DNA of 63,106 nucleotides, counting the filler, from Octopus bimaculoides (taxonomy: Eukaryota): assembly GCF_001194135.2 (NCBI RefSeq). It is 6 parts of 5 records of this genome, joined end to end, with 100 filler letters (N's around TTAATTAATTAA, not from the genome) between each part and the next. Parts side by side here need not be neighbours in the genome. Positions count along the whole stretch, not along the records: positions 1 to 14,594 come from NC_068987.1; positions 14,695 to 25,746 come from NC_068988.1; 4 more parts are not named here. One strand, given 5' to 3'. Within the stretch, counting starts at the first letter, position 1; each line of letters starts with the position of its first letter. This document shows, piece after piece, positions 12,841-25,502 of the stretch. The notes under the pieces were generated by a model. It did not search any database and was not told the DNA's origin. It saw nothing but the letters and a program-made list of their open reading frames with translations. A program made the position numbers and the translations under genes.

Positions 12841-13234
12841 TGTAATATAATTTTTCTGAATCTTCAGATTTTTTCAACTTGCTAGAACACTGGTTTTAAA
12901 TTGATATTACTCAAATTAATATTCAATTTTTCACCCTTATTATTTAAGATAATTTAAGGTAGAGTGGGAGCGTTTAATTACTAAGTTAAAGTATAGTGAA
13001 CTTAAGAGACCAAAGAATGAAGGAAATGTAATGCTGTAGTACAAAAGGAATTTGATTCCATGGTAGACAGATAGATAAGTAGAGTTAAAAGGATGGAATG
13101 ATTATATGATTATAATTAGAGGAATAATAAGTTCATTGGCCATAATTACTGCACTAATATCAACCCTAAAAATGAAAACGCCAACAGCAACCTTGATACT
13201 ACCATTAACAAGAATACTATTGGTAGAGGTTCTA

Positions 13235-14594
13235 TTACTGCGCTTCCAAAATATTATTCCAGTCCCTCAATAGTACTAAAGTGCGGGACGTTCCCAGGAA
13301 TGCTTCAAGACGCCTGAAGAAATCTGTCCTTTCAGCCCCTTTTGGGGCATACACTGCCAACATCTAGGACCACCAACCCACCGACCGAGTCCAAAAATAC
13401 TGTTCTTACTTTAAAACCCAAGGATTTTGGAATGACACTGCTACAGATCACAGGATGTGAATATCTCGTAGTCTTCGAAAAAGAACATGCTTCCCGGAAA
13501 TTCTTGTCTCACTAATGGCAGTCACATCTAAATCCAAGGACCTGAGATCGTTGAGCAGGTGGCCCTGCTTCAAAATCGAACTCTGGCCCTGAGCATTTAC
13601 ACAGCCTACTCTAATAGTAGCTATTTAACTTAGAGGAAAGAAAACGGAGTTACGTGCCTTGGCCTTCAGGAATGACTATTGACACAATCTTCTTTTTGAT
13701 CGAGAGTGGAGTGGGGAAAGGTTTTTCTAATAAGTTCTCTTTTTTTTTTCTTTGGATACTTACTAAACCCTGCAATGTCCTGGGGGAATTTCTGTTTCAA
13801 ATCAAGATATGTATCCGTATCTGTTTGGATTAACATCCCATCCGATGGAGTTTTCGGGAGGAGCTCTGCGTTAATGTTGGTCTTCATGTGTTTCTAACTG
13901 GTGTTCTGACGGATTTTGTTTTTTACTGTCATGTCTTAGGGCCTTCAATTTGGGCCTGTCTCTGTTTACTTCAGATTCAGTCTTTCTCTTATCCCTGACA
14001 AAGGTCTTTTGGTGCAACGTCAGTGAGGTCTTTGCTTTTGTGAGGCCTGGGTTGGAGGAAAGAGGCAGATGTGAGATAGTAGTTGTATCCACACCTTGAG
14101 GAGTTATTAGTAATGATGGGGACTTCATGCTTTCTCCACTGCGGAGCAAAAGGCTTTGAAGTGGTTCTTATTCCCACACATAAAACACTTCGGGTTTTCA
14201 CCCCTTCTATGTAAACAGACGTCTATTCGCATTACCCGAAACAGAAAAGATCGGGAGAAACTAGTATCTGGAAATCCGTAAGAATTCCAGTCTTATTGAG
14301 TTGCTGGGTCGAATTCATCTTCACAATTTCCCCATGCTCCTCCTGAATGGCTAAAACTCTCGCTGGATCACGGTGAACCGGTACGTTCTTGACTCGAATT
14401 CGAGTCAACCTTTTACCCATATAATGGGGAATCATTACAAAAGTCTGGGACGTGCAAGTTATAGTAGCCAATCTTCTGGCTTCTTGCTTACAGTTGCATA
14501 TAGCAGCTACCGTCCCATACTGTTTACCTTTGAATATGTGTAGCACTGAAGGTCACACATCTTGGAGGCATTTTTCGATCTCTGCCGGAGTAAG
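13235..14594 (-). mobile_element. Tx1/L1-like LINE fragment: ORF1 plus start of APE endonuclease (ORF2)
   Basis: ORF1 KQYGTVAAIC...KRLTRIRVKNVPVHRDP and frameshifted knuckle CFMCGNKNHFKAFC. Then APE motifs GCVNAQGQSSILKQGHLLNDLRSLDLDVTAISETR (about 13500-13605) and TLVLLRDWNNIL (about 13245-13285). Cut by a gap at its 5' side. Confidence 0.85.
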
Positions 14595-14638
14595 NNNNNN
14601 NNNNNNNNNNNNNNNNNNNNNNNNNNNNNNNNNNNNNN

Positions 14639-14650
14639 TTAATTAATTAA
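14639..14650. other. Assembly linker TTAATTAATTAA inside a 100-bp gap (also 25791-25802, 45341-45352, 50933-50944, 58630-58641)
   Basis: Each is flanked by 44 N on either side; encodes stops in all six frames. Confidence 0.95.
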
Positions 14651-14974
14651 NNNNNNNNNNNNNNNNNNNNNNNNNNNNNNNNNNNNNNNNNNNNTTCTAC
14701 ATACGTTTCGACGAGTGCACTCCAGGATAAATAATGGTAAGACTTCAAGAAGTAGAAAAGCATTCGATCATATAAGAGTGTGAAGATAATGTTATAATAA
14801 AAACCACAAATCTTGTTATATACAGCTACGGTCTTGTTGTCAGCATGGAAAATAGCAAAATAAATTATCAATTCGACCAAGAAACCCTGGGAAGCTGTAT
14901 TTAATAAGATTCTTAGTTTTTATTATAACATGTATGTATGTATGTATGTATGTATGTATGTATGTATGTATGTA

Positions 14975-15009
<35 letters not shown>

Positions 15010-15079
15010 ATGTATGTATGTATATACAAATGTAATACGGATTCTCTTGTGAACAACAAATGAGGGTTCAGTAAAATTA

Positions 15080-15445
15080 AGTATTGATCATGTTCTATGG
15101 ACACGAACGTCTCTTGAGGCCTGCTGATGCCTTTTAAACCTTTTGGCAAATGGAACAAATTGGGGACTCAAATTGCTTGAGCGCTTGTGGATCATTTACT
15201 ATGTGTTTTCTTGAGTGGACGGCTAGGCCAGCTTTGCTTCGTACCACAAAACCACAATGACAAGTAAGGTTTCCATTTAGAGGAGCAGTGTTTTGCCAGC
15301 GTGCCTTCATGCTTGCACGAAGTTTGTCCCTGTGTTGGAGTCGATTTTGCTCAAGTTTTGAACTGAGGAGAAGCAGGATTGGCGCCAGGTCCTGCATTCT
15401 GGCGCTTTGGTTTCTCAGAAAAAAGAGGGAATGTTGCATCGTTTC
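15080..15445 (-). mobile_element. LINE ORF2 C-terminus (RTE/RTEX-like) with C2H2-type finger(s)
   Basis: TWRQSCFSSV..EQNRLQHRDKLRASMKAR...TCHCGFVVRSKAGLAVHSRKH and a second CSICQK motif; truncated by a gap. Confidence 0.65.
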
Positions 15446-16254
15446 NNNNNNNNNNNNNNNNNNNNNNNNNNNNNNNNNNNNNNNNNNNNNNNNNNNNNNN
15501 NNNNNNNNNNNNNNNNNNNNNNNNNNNNNNNNNNNNNNNNNNNNNNNNNNNNNNNNNNNNNNNNNNNNNNNNNNNNNNNNNNNNNNNNNNNNNNNNNNNN
15601 NNNNNNNNNNNNNNNNNNNNNNNNNNNNNNNNNNNNNNNNNNNNNNNNNNNNNNNNNNNNNNNNNNNNNNNNNNNNNNNNNNNNNNNNNNNNNNNNNNNN
15701 NNNNNNNNNNNNNNNNNNNNNNNNNNNNNNNNNNNNNNNNNNNNNNNNNNNNNNNNNNNNNNNNNNNNNNNNNNNNNNNNNNNNNNNNNNNNNNNNNNNN
15801 NNNNNNNNNNNNNNNNNNNNNNNNNNNNNNNNNNNNNNNNNNNNNNNNNNNNNNNNNNNNNNNNNNNNNNNNNNNNNNNNNNNNNNNNNNNNNNNNNNNN
15901 NNNNNNNNNNNNNNNNNNNNNNNNNNNNNNNNNNNNNNNNNNNNNNNNNNNNNNNNNNNNNNNNNNNNNNNNNNNNNNNNNNNNNNNNNNNNNNNNNNNN
16001 NNNNNNNNNNNNNNNNNNNNNNNNNNNNNNNNNNNNNNNNNNNNNNNNNNNNNNNNNNNNNNNNNNNNNNNNNNNNNNNNTAAAAATTGATCTGTAAAAG
16101 TTTTTTCAAGTTAAATTTCTTCTCAAAACAAAGACAAAATACAAAAATTAAAAAAAAAATGAGATGAAGCTGGTCGTAAAATTCCCAAAGGAATTTATAA
16201 CCTGCTACTAAAAACTAAAAAAAAAATAAATAAAATAAATGCACCCTTTTAAAG

Positions 16255-16490
16255 CCTAGCCAGGCTCATGGGCTCCGTTTCCCGGTTTCAATGGCGTATG
16301 TGTTCCCCAGCTGGACGGGACAGCAGTCCATCGCAGCGTTACTCATTTTTGCCAGTTGAGTGGACTGGAGCAACGTGAAATGAAGTGTTTTGCTCAAGAA
16401 ACACTACGCATCGCCCGGTCCAGGAATCGAAACCACAATCTTAAGATCGTGATGCTGACACAATAACCACTAAGCCACGCGCCTCCACTA
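16255..16490 (-). mobile_element. tRNA-derived SINE, family E
   Basis: Minus strand gtggaggcgcgtggcttagtggtt...gtttcgattcc...cttgagcaaaacacttcatttcacgttgctccagtccactcaactggcaaaaatgag. Confidence 0.85.
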
Positions 16491-16949
16491 CTAAAAACTA
16501 AAGCAGAGTCAAAATCAAAAGTATGTGACAACAATAACTGCAGCAAGAACAACAACAACATGACCTCTCTACATCTTCCAAATACCTCTCTCAGTACCTT
16601 TACGTTCTGTCAATAGTTTGTAACTGGTATCGCCAAAGATTGACCACATGGTTGAATAGATTTGACCGTTTGACCCCAGTCTAAAAGTAAAAGCTCTTTC
16701 AAAATTCTTTGTTAGTCAGATGGGTTCTTCCATTCAGGAAGGAACTAAATTATTTATTTTGTCAACGGAACAAAATTAGTTCTCTTTGATATTTAATGCT
16801 CATTGTTACATTGCTGGACATTTTTTGGGGGGATTATCTGTCCCATATAAGTTGAAATTTCTTCCTTTTGACCAGAACCTTTCGTTGCTTCATTGATTCA
16901 TTAAGATTATTTTCCGTTTTATTCAAATTGGCTTTCAATCCATACACGT

Positions 16950-18510
16950 TCATACAGCCTCACGTGCGCATAATTCTTTTATAAAATCTTTTGAACTTTC
17001 GAAATATCAGTCCAAATGCGTTATAGAAGAACTTTGGAAAAATAGTTTTTCAAATAGACTTTGAAAGGAAACAATTAATCATAAATGACGGCAGACCAAC
17101 GCCGGAATTACCGAATTTGCGAAGTTCCAACAAGAAATCTATTCGACAATTTCAAACTAATCAATATGAAAAGAAAAAAAAATGGTTAACTGGAAGTGCT
17201 AAACTAAATAAGTTATTCTGCTGGCTATGCTTATTATTTAGTTTAGAAAAAATTGTTTTGAGTGATAACGGTTATGATGATTTAGGTAATCTACATATGG
17301 CCATGCTAAAACATATACGTTCTGAAAGACATAAAATCTTTGATAGATCTTAAAACGTTTGGGGATATTTGCATTGACTTACGATTACATGCATATATAA
17401 AAAACAAACAAGCAGGGCATATAACAGCATAATAAGAGTTAAGACAAAATAGATGCCTTCTGCAGCGTTAGATCGATGCAGTTATTTTTCGCGGTCGCCA
17501 GGAATAATCATTCTGGGGTCATTTTGAGCCCCAAAAATCCAGTAATCGTGGAAATTACAAAGAACTTCTTATGTTTAATCAGTAAATATGACGGAAAATT
17601 GGCAAGCCATCTAGATACAGCTTCTGTTTTCTCAGGTCTCTTAAACAGAATTCAAAATGACTTGATTGATGCAGTTCAAAACGTTATGTTGGATGAAATA
17701 GAAAATTAACTGAAGCAGGCAAAATTCGTAGCTATTCTTGTAGATGAAACATCCGATGTATCGAACTATTCACAACTCAACTGTTTTATGTTATATTACA
17801 AAAGATTGTGTTATTAAAGAACGATTAATCAATTTTAATGATGTTAGTGCAGACCGATCTGCAAATGCTTTATCCGAATATGTTTTTAAAAGCATTGAAA
17901 CGGGGAACTGCGGAAACAAATTAATTGCACAAACCTATGATGATGCCGCTACACTGGTAGAACAATTAAATGGGTTGCAGTCAAAGATAAGAGAGAAATA
18001 TGAATATGCGATCTTTGTTTATTGTTGTGCTAATGTCCTAAGTTTAGTTTGTTCGCAAGCTTGCTCTGCTTTAAAAGAATGCAAAATATCTTTTTCTACA
18101 ATAAATAGATTGAGTACATTTTTTTACAAAATCACCCGAAAGGGCTAATGCGTTAGATAACATAGTTAAAAAAAAAGATCTCTCAAATCTACAGAAACTA
18201 GATGGAAATACTCCTCACGTCTTGTTCCTACTATAGAAGAAAATTGTAATTTCATAATCATCCTTTTTGAAGACATCATTAAAAATCCTGAAGCATAGGA
18301 TGAGACCATAATAAATTTTGCTTTAGATTCTTACATTATTTAAAAACTCCCGATTTCTTATTTGTATTAGAAGAATTTAGTGACATAATTTCTTTCATAG
18401 ATGTTTTATTTAACGTCCTTCAAATTAATTGTTATGACATAGTACATTGTAAAGAGGAAATAGATAAAACTAGGATTGTGCTCGAAAATAAACTCGGTGA
18501 TTTTTTTCAA
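16950..18510 (+). mobile_element. hAT transposase relic (ZMYM1/DUF4371 type), multiple stops and frameshifts
   Basis: WLTGSAKLNKLFCWLCLLF; IQNDLIDAV; AILVDETSDVS; IKERLINF; LIAQTYDDAA; ETRWKYSSRLV. Confidence 0.9.
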
Positions 18511-18559
18511 TATTTTATATGTTAGGGGAAAAATAGAGAATCGATGCAGCAATCGAAAT

Positions 18560-19042
18560 TAAGAGATCCAAGAACAACTCACGCCATCAATGGAGAGTTC
18601 TAACCAACTTGCCAAGGCAGTACGCAAGGCTATCAAGACCAAACGCCCTGAAAAACTGATGAAGGGGGTCTTGTTTCATTAGGACAATGCTTCGGTACAC
18701 AAGTCCTTGGTTTCAGTAGCTGCTGTGCGTGACTGGCTTTGAGCTGGCTGATCACCCTCCCTATTTTAGCGATTTGGTTCCAGCTGACTTTCGTCTGTTT
18801 CCCAACATGAAAAAAAACCCACTTGGCTGGGCACCAGTATCACGGTGACGATGACGTCTTATCTGTTATTGATGACTTCTTTGACCAACAGAATAGCTTC
18901 TTCATCAATGAGATCCAAGCATTGCAACGCTGATGGAAGTATGTGGACAGTAACAGGAACTATGTTAAAAAATCAACTTCATTTGTTCACTTTCCATGGG
19001 AGTATCTTGTTCAGCCTATGGACTTTTCAGCTGACCCTCATA
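18560..19042 (+). mobile_element. mariner transposase 3' fragment with right TIR
   Basis: KGVLFH*DNASVHKS...DHPPYFSDLVPADFRLFPNMKK; ends gacttttcagctgaccctcaTA. Confidence 0.9.
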
Positions 19043-19074
19043 ATGATAAAAATTATTATTATACCTGCATTTAA

Positions 19075-19274
19075 GGCGGCGAGCTGGCAGAATCGTTAAC
19101 ACACCGGACATTTTGTCCGTCTTTACGATCGGAGTACAAATTCCACCGAGGCCGACTTTGTCGTTCATCCTTTAGGGGGTCAATAAATTAAGTACCAGTC
19201 ATGTACTGGAGTTAATGTGATCGACTATCCCCCACCTCCCACAAATATCTGGCCTTGTGCCTATAGTAGAAAGG
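19075..19274 (+). mobile_element. SINE family A
   Basis: ggcggcgagctggcagaatcgtt...ggccttgtgcctatagtagaaagg. Confidence 0.85.
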
Positions 19275-19722
19275 AGGAGAAAGGATTATACCTACATTTG
19301 TTTTAATATTAACAATGAAAAAAATCTACTTTTCTTCGTAAAAAATTTTAGATTTGAGTTTGCCCCCACAAAGCAAATTTCGTTCCCGGGCCACTGCCCA
19401 CACTCTGTATGCCCCGAGTCTGTGTCTGTGTTTACTGATGTAAAGTTAACCATCCCATAAAGTTATCAATGAAATAAGTAACAGGAAGAAATTAGTGCCG
19501 TGATCGATATAATTGACTGAAATACTCGATATTGGTGCGCCCAGCATGTCTGCAGTTCAATGACTGAAATCAAGCAAAAAGGACAAAAAATAAAAGAGCA
19601 TCACCCGATGGATAAAGCTGGCAAGACTCCCAGCCATGTATATAGACTCATCCAGTGTTTTCTTCGTGCAAGGAGTGTGCAACCGGAAGTGACATGGTCG
19701 ATTACTATTTTATATTCATTAC

Positions 19723-19830
19723 ATAGTCAGTAATTGACGTTGGTCTTTTGTTTAATCCGTTTAATAAACCTAGGTTGCATTGTTGATAGACATATTCTCG
19801 TGTAGCTAAATTGAAAGCTTCCATGTCAGT
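19723..19830 (-). CDS. Candidate exon (phase 0): TDMEAFNLATREYVYQQCNLGLLNGLNKRPTSITDY
   Basis: Acceptor attctcttacatggtctgcag; donors at 19770 (G|gtttat) or 19723 (TAT|gtaatg). Confidence 0.3.
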
Positions 19831-20159
19831 CTGCAGACCATGTAAGAGAATTTAAAATAATCATTATTGTTCTTTTATTCTTTTATATTGACACATATTT
19901 ATCTCAGACCAGTAGGATATAGAAAATAGTGAGGCGTTTCTCCATGTTTTATTTTTATCATACATTTTCGCTTCATTAAAATTTTTGTTTTTGGTGTGAT
20001 TAGCTTCATGTTTTTGTATTCTAAGTGGCTTTCCGTTTTCCTATGTGTTCGTTCCGTTGTCTGTAGTTCATTGTTCTAACGTCCTGTACCCTGATATGCA
20101 TATATATACACATGTAGATGTAAGTATGTACATACATATGGGAGAATATACAAATAATA

Positions 20160-20300
20160 ACAACAGACGAGGACAGGTGGTGTAAATAACAAAAGGATAT
20201 ATTAGTATGACGCTCGGGAATACGGAAAGTCTTTGACGTTTCGAGCTACGCTCTTCAACAGAAAGAATACGGAGACAAGGAGAAAAACACGGAGAAAAAA
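20160..20300 (-). repeat. Penelope-type terminal repeat with hammerhead-like motif (copy 1)
   Basis: Inverted homologue of 25940-26090; contains ctttctgttgaagagcgtagctcgaaacgtcaaag. Confidence 0.6.
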
Positions 20301-20359
20301 AAATTGAATTGAATTGAATATGTACATATATAGGTGTATACATGTATATATATTCTTTG

Positions 20360-20411
<52 letters not shown>

Positions 20412-20513
20412 GTATATATATATACACATATGTATATGTGTGTATNNNNNNNNNNTATATATATGTATGTATACATGTATGTGTGTATATACATATATAT
20501 ATGTATATTTATG

Positions 20514-20558
<45 letters not shown>

Positions 20559-22159
20559 GGAGGAGAAGAAGAAGAAGAAGAAGAAGAAGAAGAAGAAAGT
20601 GGGAATGTGATTTTATGGGGAGGCGTTAAGAGAGGAAGAGGTGGGCGTGTTGTGTGCATATATAAACATGTATCTGTGTAAAGGATATGGACATAAGGGG
20701 AAGCGTGTGAGCAGTGTTTGGTGGAGGTGGTTAGCTGGGGGTTAGTGGAGTTGAGTGGGATGTGAATGTAGTAAAGGTTAGAGGCGCGCGATGAAGGAGA
20801 ATAGTGGGCGCGGGGAAACAATGAGGAAAACGATGTGGTAAATGAGAAAAAGAAAAGAAAAACTGGTGTAAGTTCAGTGGAAAAGTTACAAAGTCGAGGA
20901 AAAGTGGAAAAATATAAAAAGGGGGAAAAATATGGTTAGCTATCATATGCGATAAAGAAAACAGTTGAGCGCGAAAGGGTATGAAAAATGGCGGAGAGGA
21001 TAGGAAGAGAACAGTTGAAAAATATAAAGCACGTGCATTGATAAATGCAAAAGGGAGAGCTTCGAAAGAGAGAGGTGACTATAAAAAGCAACGGAATATA
21101 AAAAAACAATTGTATTGGCGCAGGCGTGGATGTGTGGTAAGAAGTTTGCTTCTCAACCATATGGTTCCGAGTTCAGTCCCACTGCGTGGGATCCTGCTCA
21201 AGTGACTTTTACTATTTTGCTATAGCCTCGGGCCAACCAAAAGCAGAGAATGAGTAGGAGGTAGAATAAACGGAAGGTGACAGGGTCAGATTGAAGAGGC
21301 GGAGTGAAAGGGTGATAGTTGAGGGGGAAAAGGGGGATGCGGTTGATGGGAGCTAGATGCGAGTTGTAAGGGCTGAGGTGCAATCAACTACAAGGGCTCA
21401 GGAGAGGGCAGAGTGGTTAACTATGATGGGTGTAGCTGTGGTCCATAAGTTGGAACTGCGTTTCGAAATCGTGGTTACTGTTGCAGAGGTGCCCGAGACG
21501 AACAAAGGGAGAATAAGAGATGGAGGGCTTGGTGTGGGTAGGGTGAGAGGAGAAGTTAAGGTTAGGATGGGAGTAAATATTTTTGTAAAAGACAGATGAA
21601 GAGAGAGAAGAGAGAATGAGAGAAGAGAGAGAGGGGGGAATTAAAGGTAGGGTTTACCCTTTTATTCTCCTAGGTTCGATAAGATACGTTACCTAAGACA
21701 GGGGTCGAATTAATCATTTGTCCTTCCTTCCATAGACCCTGTGGTCGAACTGGCCGAATTGTTAGAGCGTCAGTCGAAATGCTTTGTTACAGTTTGGCTA
21801 ATTGATCTTCAAATCCCGTCAAAATCAACTTTACCTTCATTCGGGAACAAAGACTAAACTATGAATCAAATAGCGGAGTCGATAGCATCAAATAAATCCG
21901 TTTCCCTCAAAATCGCTGGCCTTGAACATAAATCTGCAGCAATTATTACAACTACTATTATTATAATTATTGATTTTTTTCCCCTTCCTTCTATTGTAGA
22001 AGCTGGAAAATTAAATTGCTTATGTTACATTCTTTTTCAATATTTGTCGAGTGATTTCGTTTGTTTGATCTTTGATTAATATTGTACAGATTGCATAATG
22101 GTGAAAAAAATCTATAGGGAATAAACAGCGGTAAATTTAGCAAATCGTGTAATACGTAC

Positions 22160-22257
22160 TCGTCTGACAACCAGCCATTAACTTGAAAACTGTGGAGGGC
22201 TCCGACACTGAAAAATACTTTGGCACGCAACTCTATGTCAATGATGTTGCTTCTCAG
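22160..22257 (-). CDS. Candidate exon (98 nt, phase 0 to 2): LRSNIIDIELRAKVFFSVGALHSFQVNGWLSD
   Basis: Acceptor gttattatag, donor GA|gtacgt; only phase 0 is open; GC-richer island between microsatellites. Confidence 0.55.
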
Positions 22258-23250
22258 CTATAATAACTATGCGTACACACATAGATATATTTATGTGCAT
22301 ATACACATAAATATGTATACATTCATTAATACACACACACACACGTTCACACATTATATATATATATATATNNNNNNNNNNNNNNNNNNNNNNNNNNNNN
22401 NNNNNNNNNNNNNNNNNNNNNNNNNNNNNNNNNNNNNNNNNNNNNNNNNNNNNNNNNNNNNNNNNNNNNNNNNNNNNNNNNNNNNNNNNNNNNNNNNNNN
22501 NNNNNNNNNNNNNNNNNNNNNNNNNNNNNNNNNNNNNNNNNNNNNNNNNNNNNNNNNNNNNNNNNNNNNNNNNNNNNNNNNNNNNNNNNNNNNNNNNNNN
22601 NNNNNNNNNNNNNNNNNNNNNNNNNNNNNNNNNNNNNNNNNNNNNNNNNNNNNNNNNNNNNNNNNNNNNNNNNNNNNNNNNNNNNNNNNNNNNNNNNNNN
22701 NNNNNNNNNNNNNNNNNNNNNNNNNNNNNNNNNNNNNNNNNNNNNNNNNNNNNNNNNNNNNNNNNNNNNNNNNNNNNNNNNNNNNNNNNNNNNNNNNNNN
22801 NNNNNNNNNNNNNNNNNNNNNNNNNNNNNNNNNNNNNNNNNNNNNNNNNNNNNNNNNNNNNNNNNNNNNNNNNNNNNNNNNNNNNNNNNNNNNNNNNNNN
22901 NNNTATATATATATATATATATGATGTCTTATAATTATTCGTTGAGTAAACCTATATAACTTATGTGAGTTATACTGCCATGGAGATAAGTTAAGATATA
23001 ATCTGTCGAAGTCGTGTGGGTCTCATAAAACCGTGCGCACGCTCTCAGACACACACTACTCGCGCGCGCACCCGCATACAAACATGATATATCAATTACA
23101 TCGTGAAAAAGACATTCTAGCTATTTAAATAATACATAAAGCCGTTAAAGTTAGCCTTATAGATATCATGTCTATATTTATATATCTCTCTCTCTCTATA
23201 TATATATATACATATGAACATGTACACACACATACATGGGCACGCGTGAG

Positions 23251-23336
<86 letters not shown>

Positions 23337-23404
23337 TACACACACACACACACATACATACACCCCCCACTAATTAAAGGAATAAAGTGTTCCTGAAAAC
23401 TTAC

Positions 23405-23497
23405 TGTGAAATCTCGTAAAGCGAATGGTAAAAGAAGTTAATACGTTGTGATTAATCTCTTTGGGGGAGACAACAAGAAACAAGCAGCGCGACTTCT
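23405..23497 (-). CDS. Candidate internal exon (93 nt, phase 1 to 1): KSRCLFLVVSPKEINHNVLTSFTIRFTRFH
   Basis: Acceptor attttcttatataaag, donor CA|gtaagt; phase 1 frame open, phase 0 closed; follows the 23684-23746 exon in frame. Confidence 0.55.
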
Positions 23498-23683
23498 CTT
23501 TATATAAGAAAATGATAATTTCTAAATGCACACAGTACAATATGTACACATGAAAATTACTTGAAGAGAGATCCGCTAGGATGGTCAGGGAATGATTAAG
23601 AATCGTTATATCGTAATAAGGAACGTTCTTATTCTAAAAGATACTGAATATTGCATGAGGAGTGATAGTAGGATGAGAGTTAC

Positions 23684-23746
23684 CTGGAGGATGCGGGGCA
23701 CTGTCCTCTCGTTCATCGTCATCATCATGATCTTCATGACGGCTCA
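23684..23746 (-). CDS. Candidate internal exon (63 nt, phase 1 to 1): SRHEDHDDDDEREDSAPHPP
   Basis: Acceptor tttctctgtcattgtcag, donor CAG|gtaact; the other two phases begin with stops. Confidence 0.5.
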
Positions 23747-23851
23747 CTGACAATGACAGAGAAACTACAGATTGATGAGTCGCCGAAGTTTACTTTTAAC
23801 TATCCTAGGGATAACAAGTGGTTAAATAAATATATTCGCCTCTCTTATCTC

Positions 23852-24612
23852 GCAGCACAGACTTCAACACGACGGGTTGGGTGTCTCTATCAGGGTAACG
23901 CGTGCTGAGGAAGCTGAGGCTATTTTTGCCAGAGCAGAAATCGGTCCACGTGAGTCCAAATACTTGAATGTTCGTTTGGAGATTGTTTTAACCCGTCTGC
24001 CTTCGTACGGTTGATTTCTGTAGTTACTATCAGTGTATTTTGGCGATTTAAATAAGTGTTTTGACTGTTATTTCCAGCAGGTAGACATACTTAGTATGTC
24101 CTTTGATCAATCTTAATCCTCCAGCTATTTAATGCCTTTTTGGGGGCCTGCAATCGCCTATATTATTGATTCTATTATTATCATTTTTAACTTGTTTCAT
24201 TAGATAATAATAGAATCAATGGTATCTCTGCAAAATATTTTTTCGTGGACTATTTTTTTTTTCTCGTGAATTATTTGCTCCGTATTGAAATTATTTTCAC
24301 CCTGGTGGCAGCCATGATTTCGGCGTAAAACGAATCAGTTGCAGCGCAGACTTCAGCACAACAGGTTCGGAGTCTCTATCAGGGTAACGCGTGCTGAAGA
24401 AGCTGAGGCTATTTTTGCCAGAGCAGAAACCGGTCCACGTGAGTCCAAATACTTGAATGTACGTTGGGAGATTGTTTTAACCCGTTTGCCTTCGGACGGT
24501 TGATTTCTGTAGTTATTATCAGTGTATTTTGGGGATTTAAATAAGTTTTGACTGTTATTTCCAGCAAGCAGATACACTTAGTATGTCCTTTGATTAATTT
24601 TAATCCTTCGGC
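23852..24612. repeat. Local direct duplication: two copies of about 275 bp (23852-24126 and 24341-24612), offset 489 bp
   Basis: Near-identical blocks, e.g. ctctatcagggtaacgcgtgctga and ggtccacgtgagtccaaatacttgaatgt in both. Confidence 0.9.
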
Positions 24613-24644
24613 TTATATGCCATAAAATGTTAGGAGGGGAATAT

Positions 24645-24990
24645 GTAGGAGTGGCTGTGTGGTAGGTAGCTTGCTTACCAACCACATGGTTCCGGGTTCA
24701 GTCCCACTGCGTGGCATCTTGGGTAAGTGTTTTATACTTTAGCCTCTGGTCGACCAAAGCCTTGTGAGTGAATTCGATAGATGGAAACTGTTTGTGTGTC
24801 GGTGTTTGTCCCCTCACCATCGCTTGACAACCGATGCTGGTGTGTTTATGTCCCCGTAACTTAGCGGTTCGGCAAAAGAGACCGATAGAATAAGTACTAG
24901 GCTTACAAATAAGTCCTGGGGGCGATTTGCTTGACTAAAGGTGGTGCTCCAGCATGGCCGCAGTCAAATGACTGAAACAAATAAAATAAT
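24645..24990 (+). mobile_element. tRNA-derived SINE, family B (full length)
   Basis: ggagtggctgtgtggtag...ggttccgggttcagtcccac...gcatggccgcagtcaaatgactgaaacaa. Confidence 0.9.
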
Positions 24991-25036
24991 AAAAAGAATA
25001 TATATATATATATATGGGAATCTAATGAATATATAC

Positions 25037-25084
25037 AGATTTCTGAGATTGGATCTGCCGACCAACAGATGTTAGTAACCAGCA
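25037..25084 (-). CDS. Candidate exon (48 nt, phase 1 to 1): LVTNICWSADPISEI
   Basis: Acceptor taattaaattcag, weak donor T|gtatat; phase-compatible with the 23746 exon. Confidence 0.25.
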
Positions 25085-25445
25085 CTGAATTTAATTACAT
25101 TTTTCTTCTATGTTATAAGATGATTATTCAACCGTCTACGTAATGGTTACCGAATGGCATCCTAGTAAATGCTAGTGAAACACGCGTAAAGTTTATATAA
25201 TTTATGATGTTATGATGACAGTTTTTGTAACCAAACCTCCACTTTCATTCTGTTCTTGTTTAAGCATTCTGCAATCTGTTTAAAATGTATATAATACCAA
25301 TCGAAAATCTGAGAACGTATTGTGTTTAATAAGCTGACTGGACATACATGAATTTACAAGGGATTCTAAGTAAAGGTTAAGTGTTAAGCTATCTATTTTG
25401 AAATAGCAACCTTTAATAATGATGATGATGATGATGATGATGATG

Positions 25446-25502
<57 letters not shown>

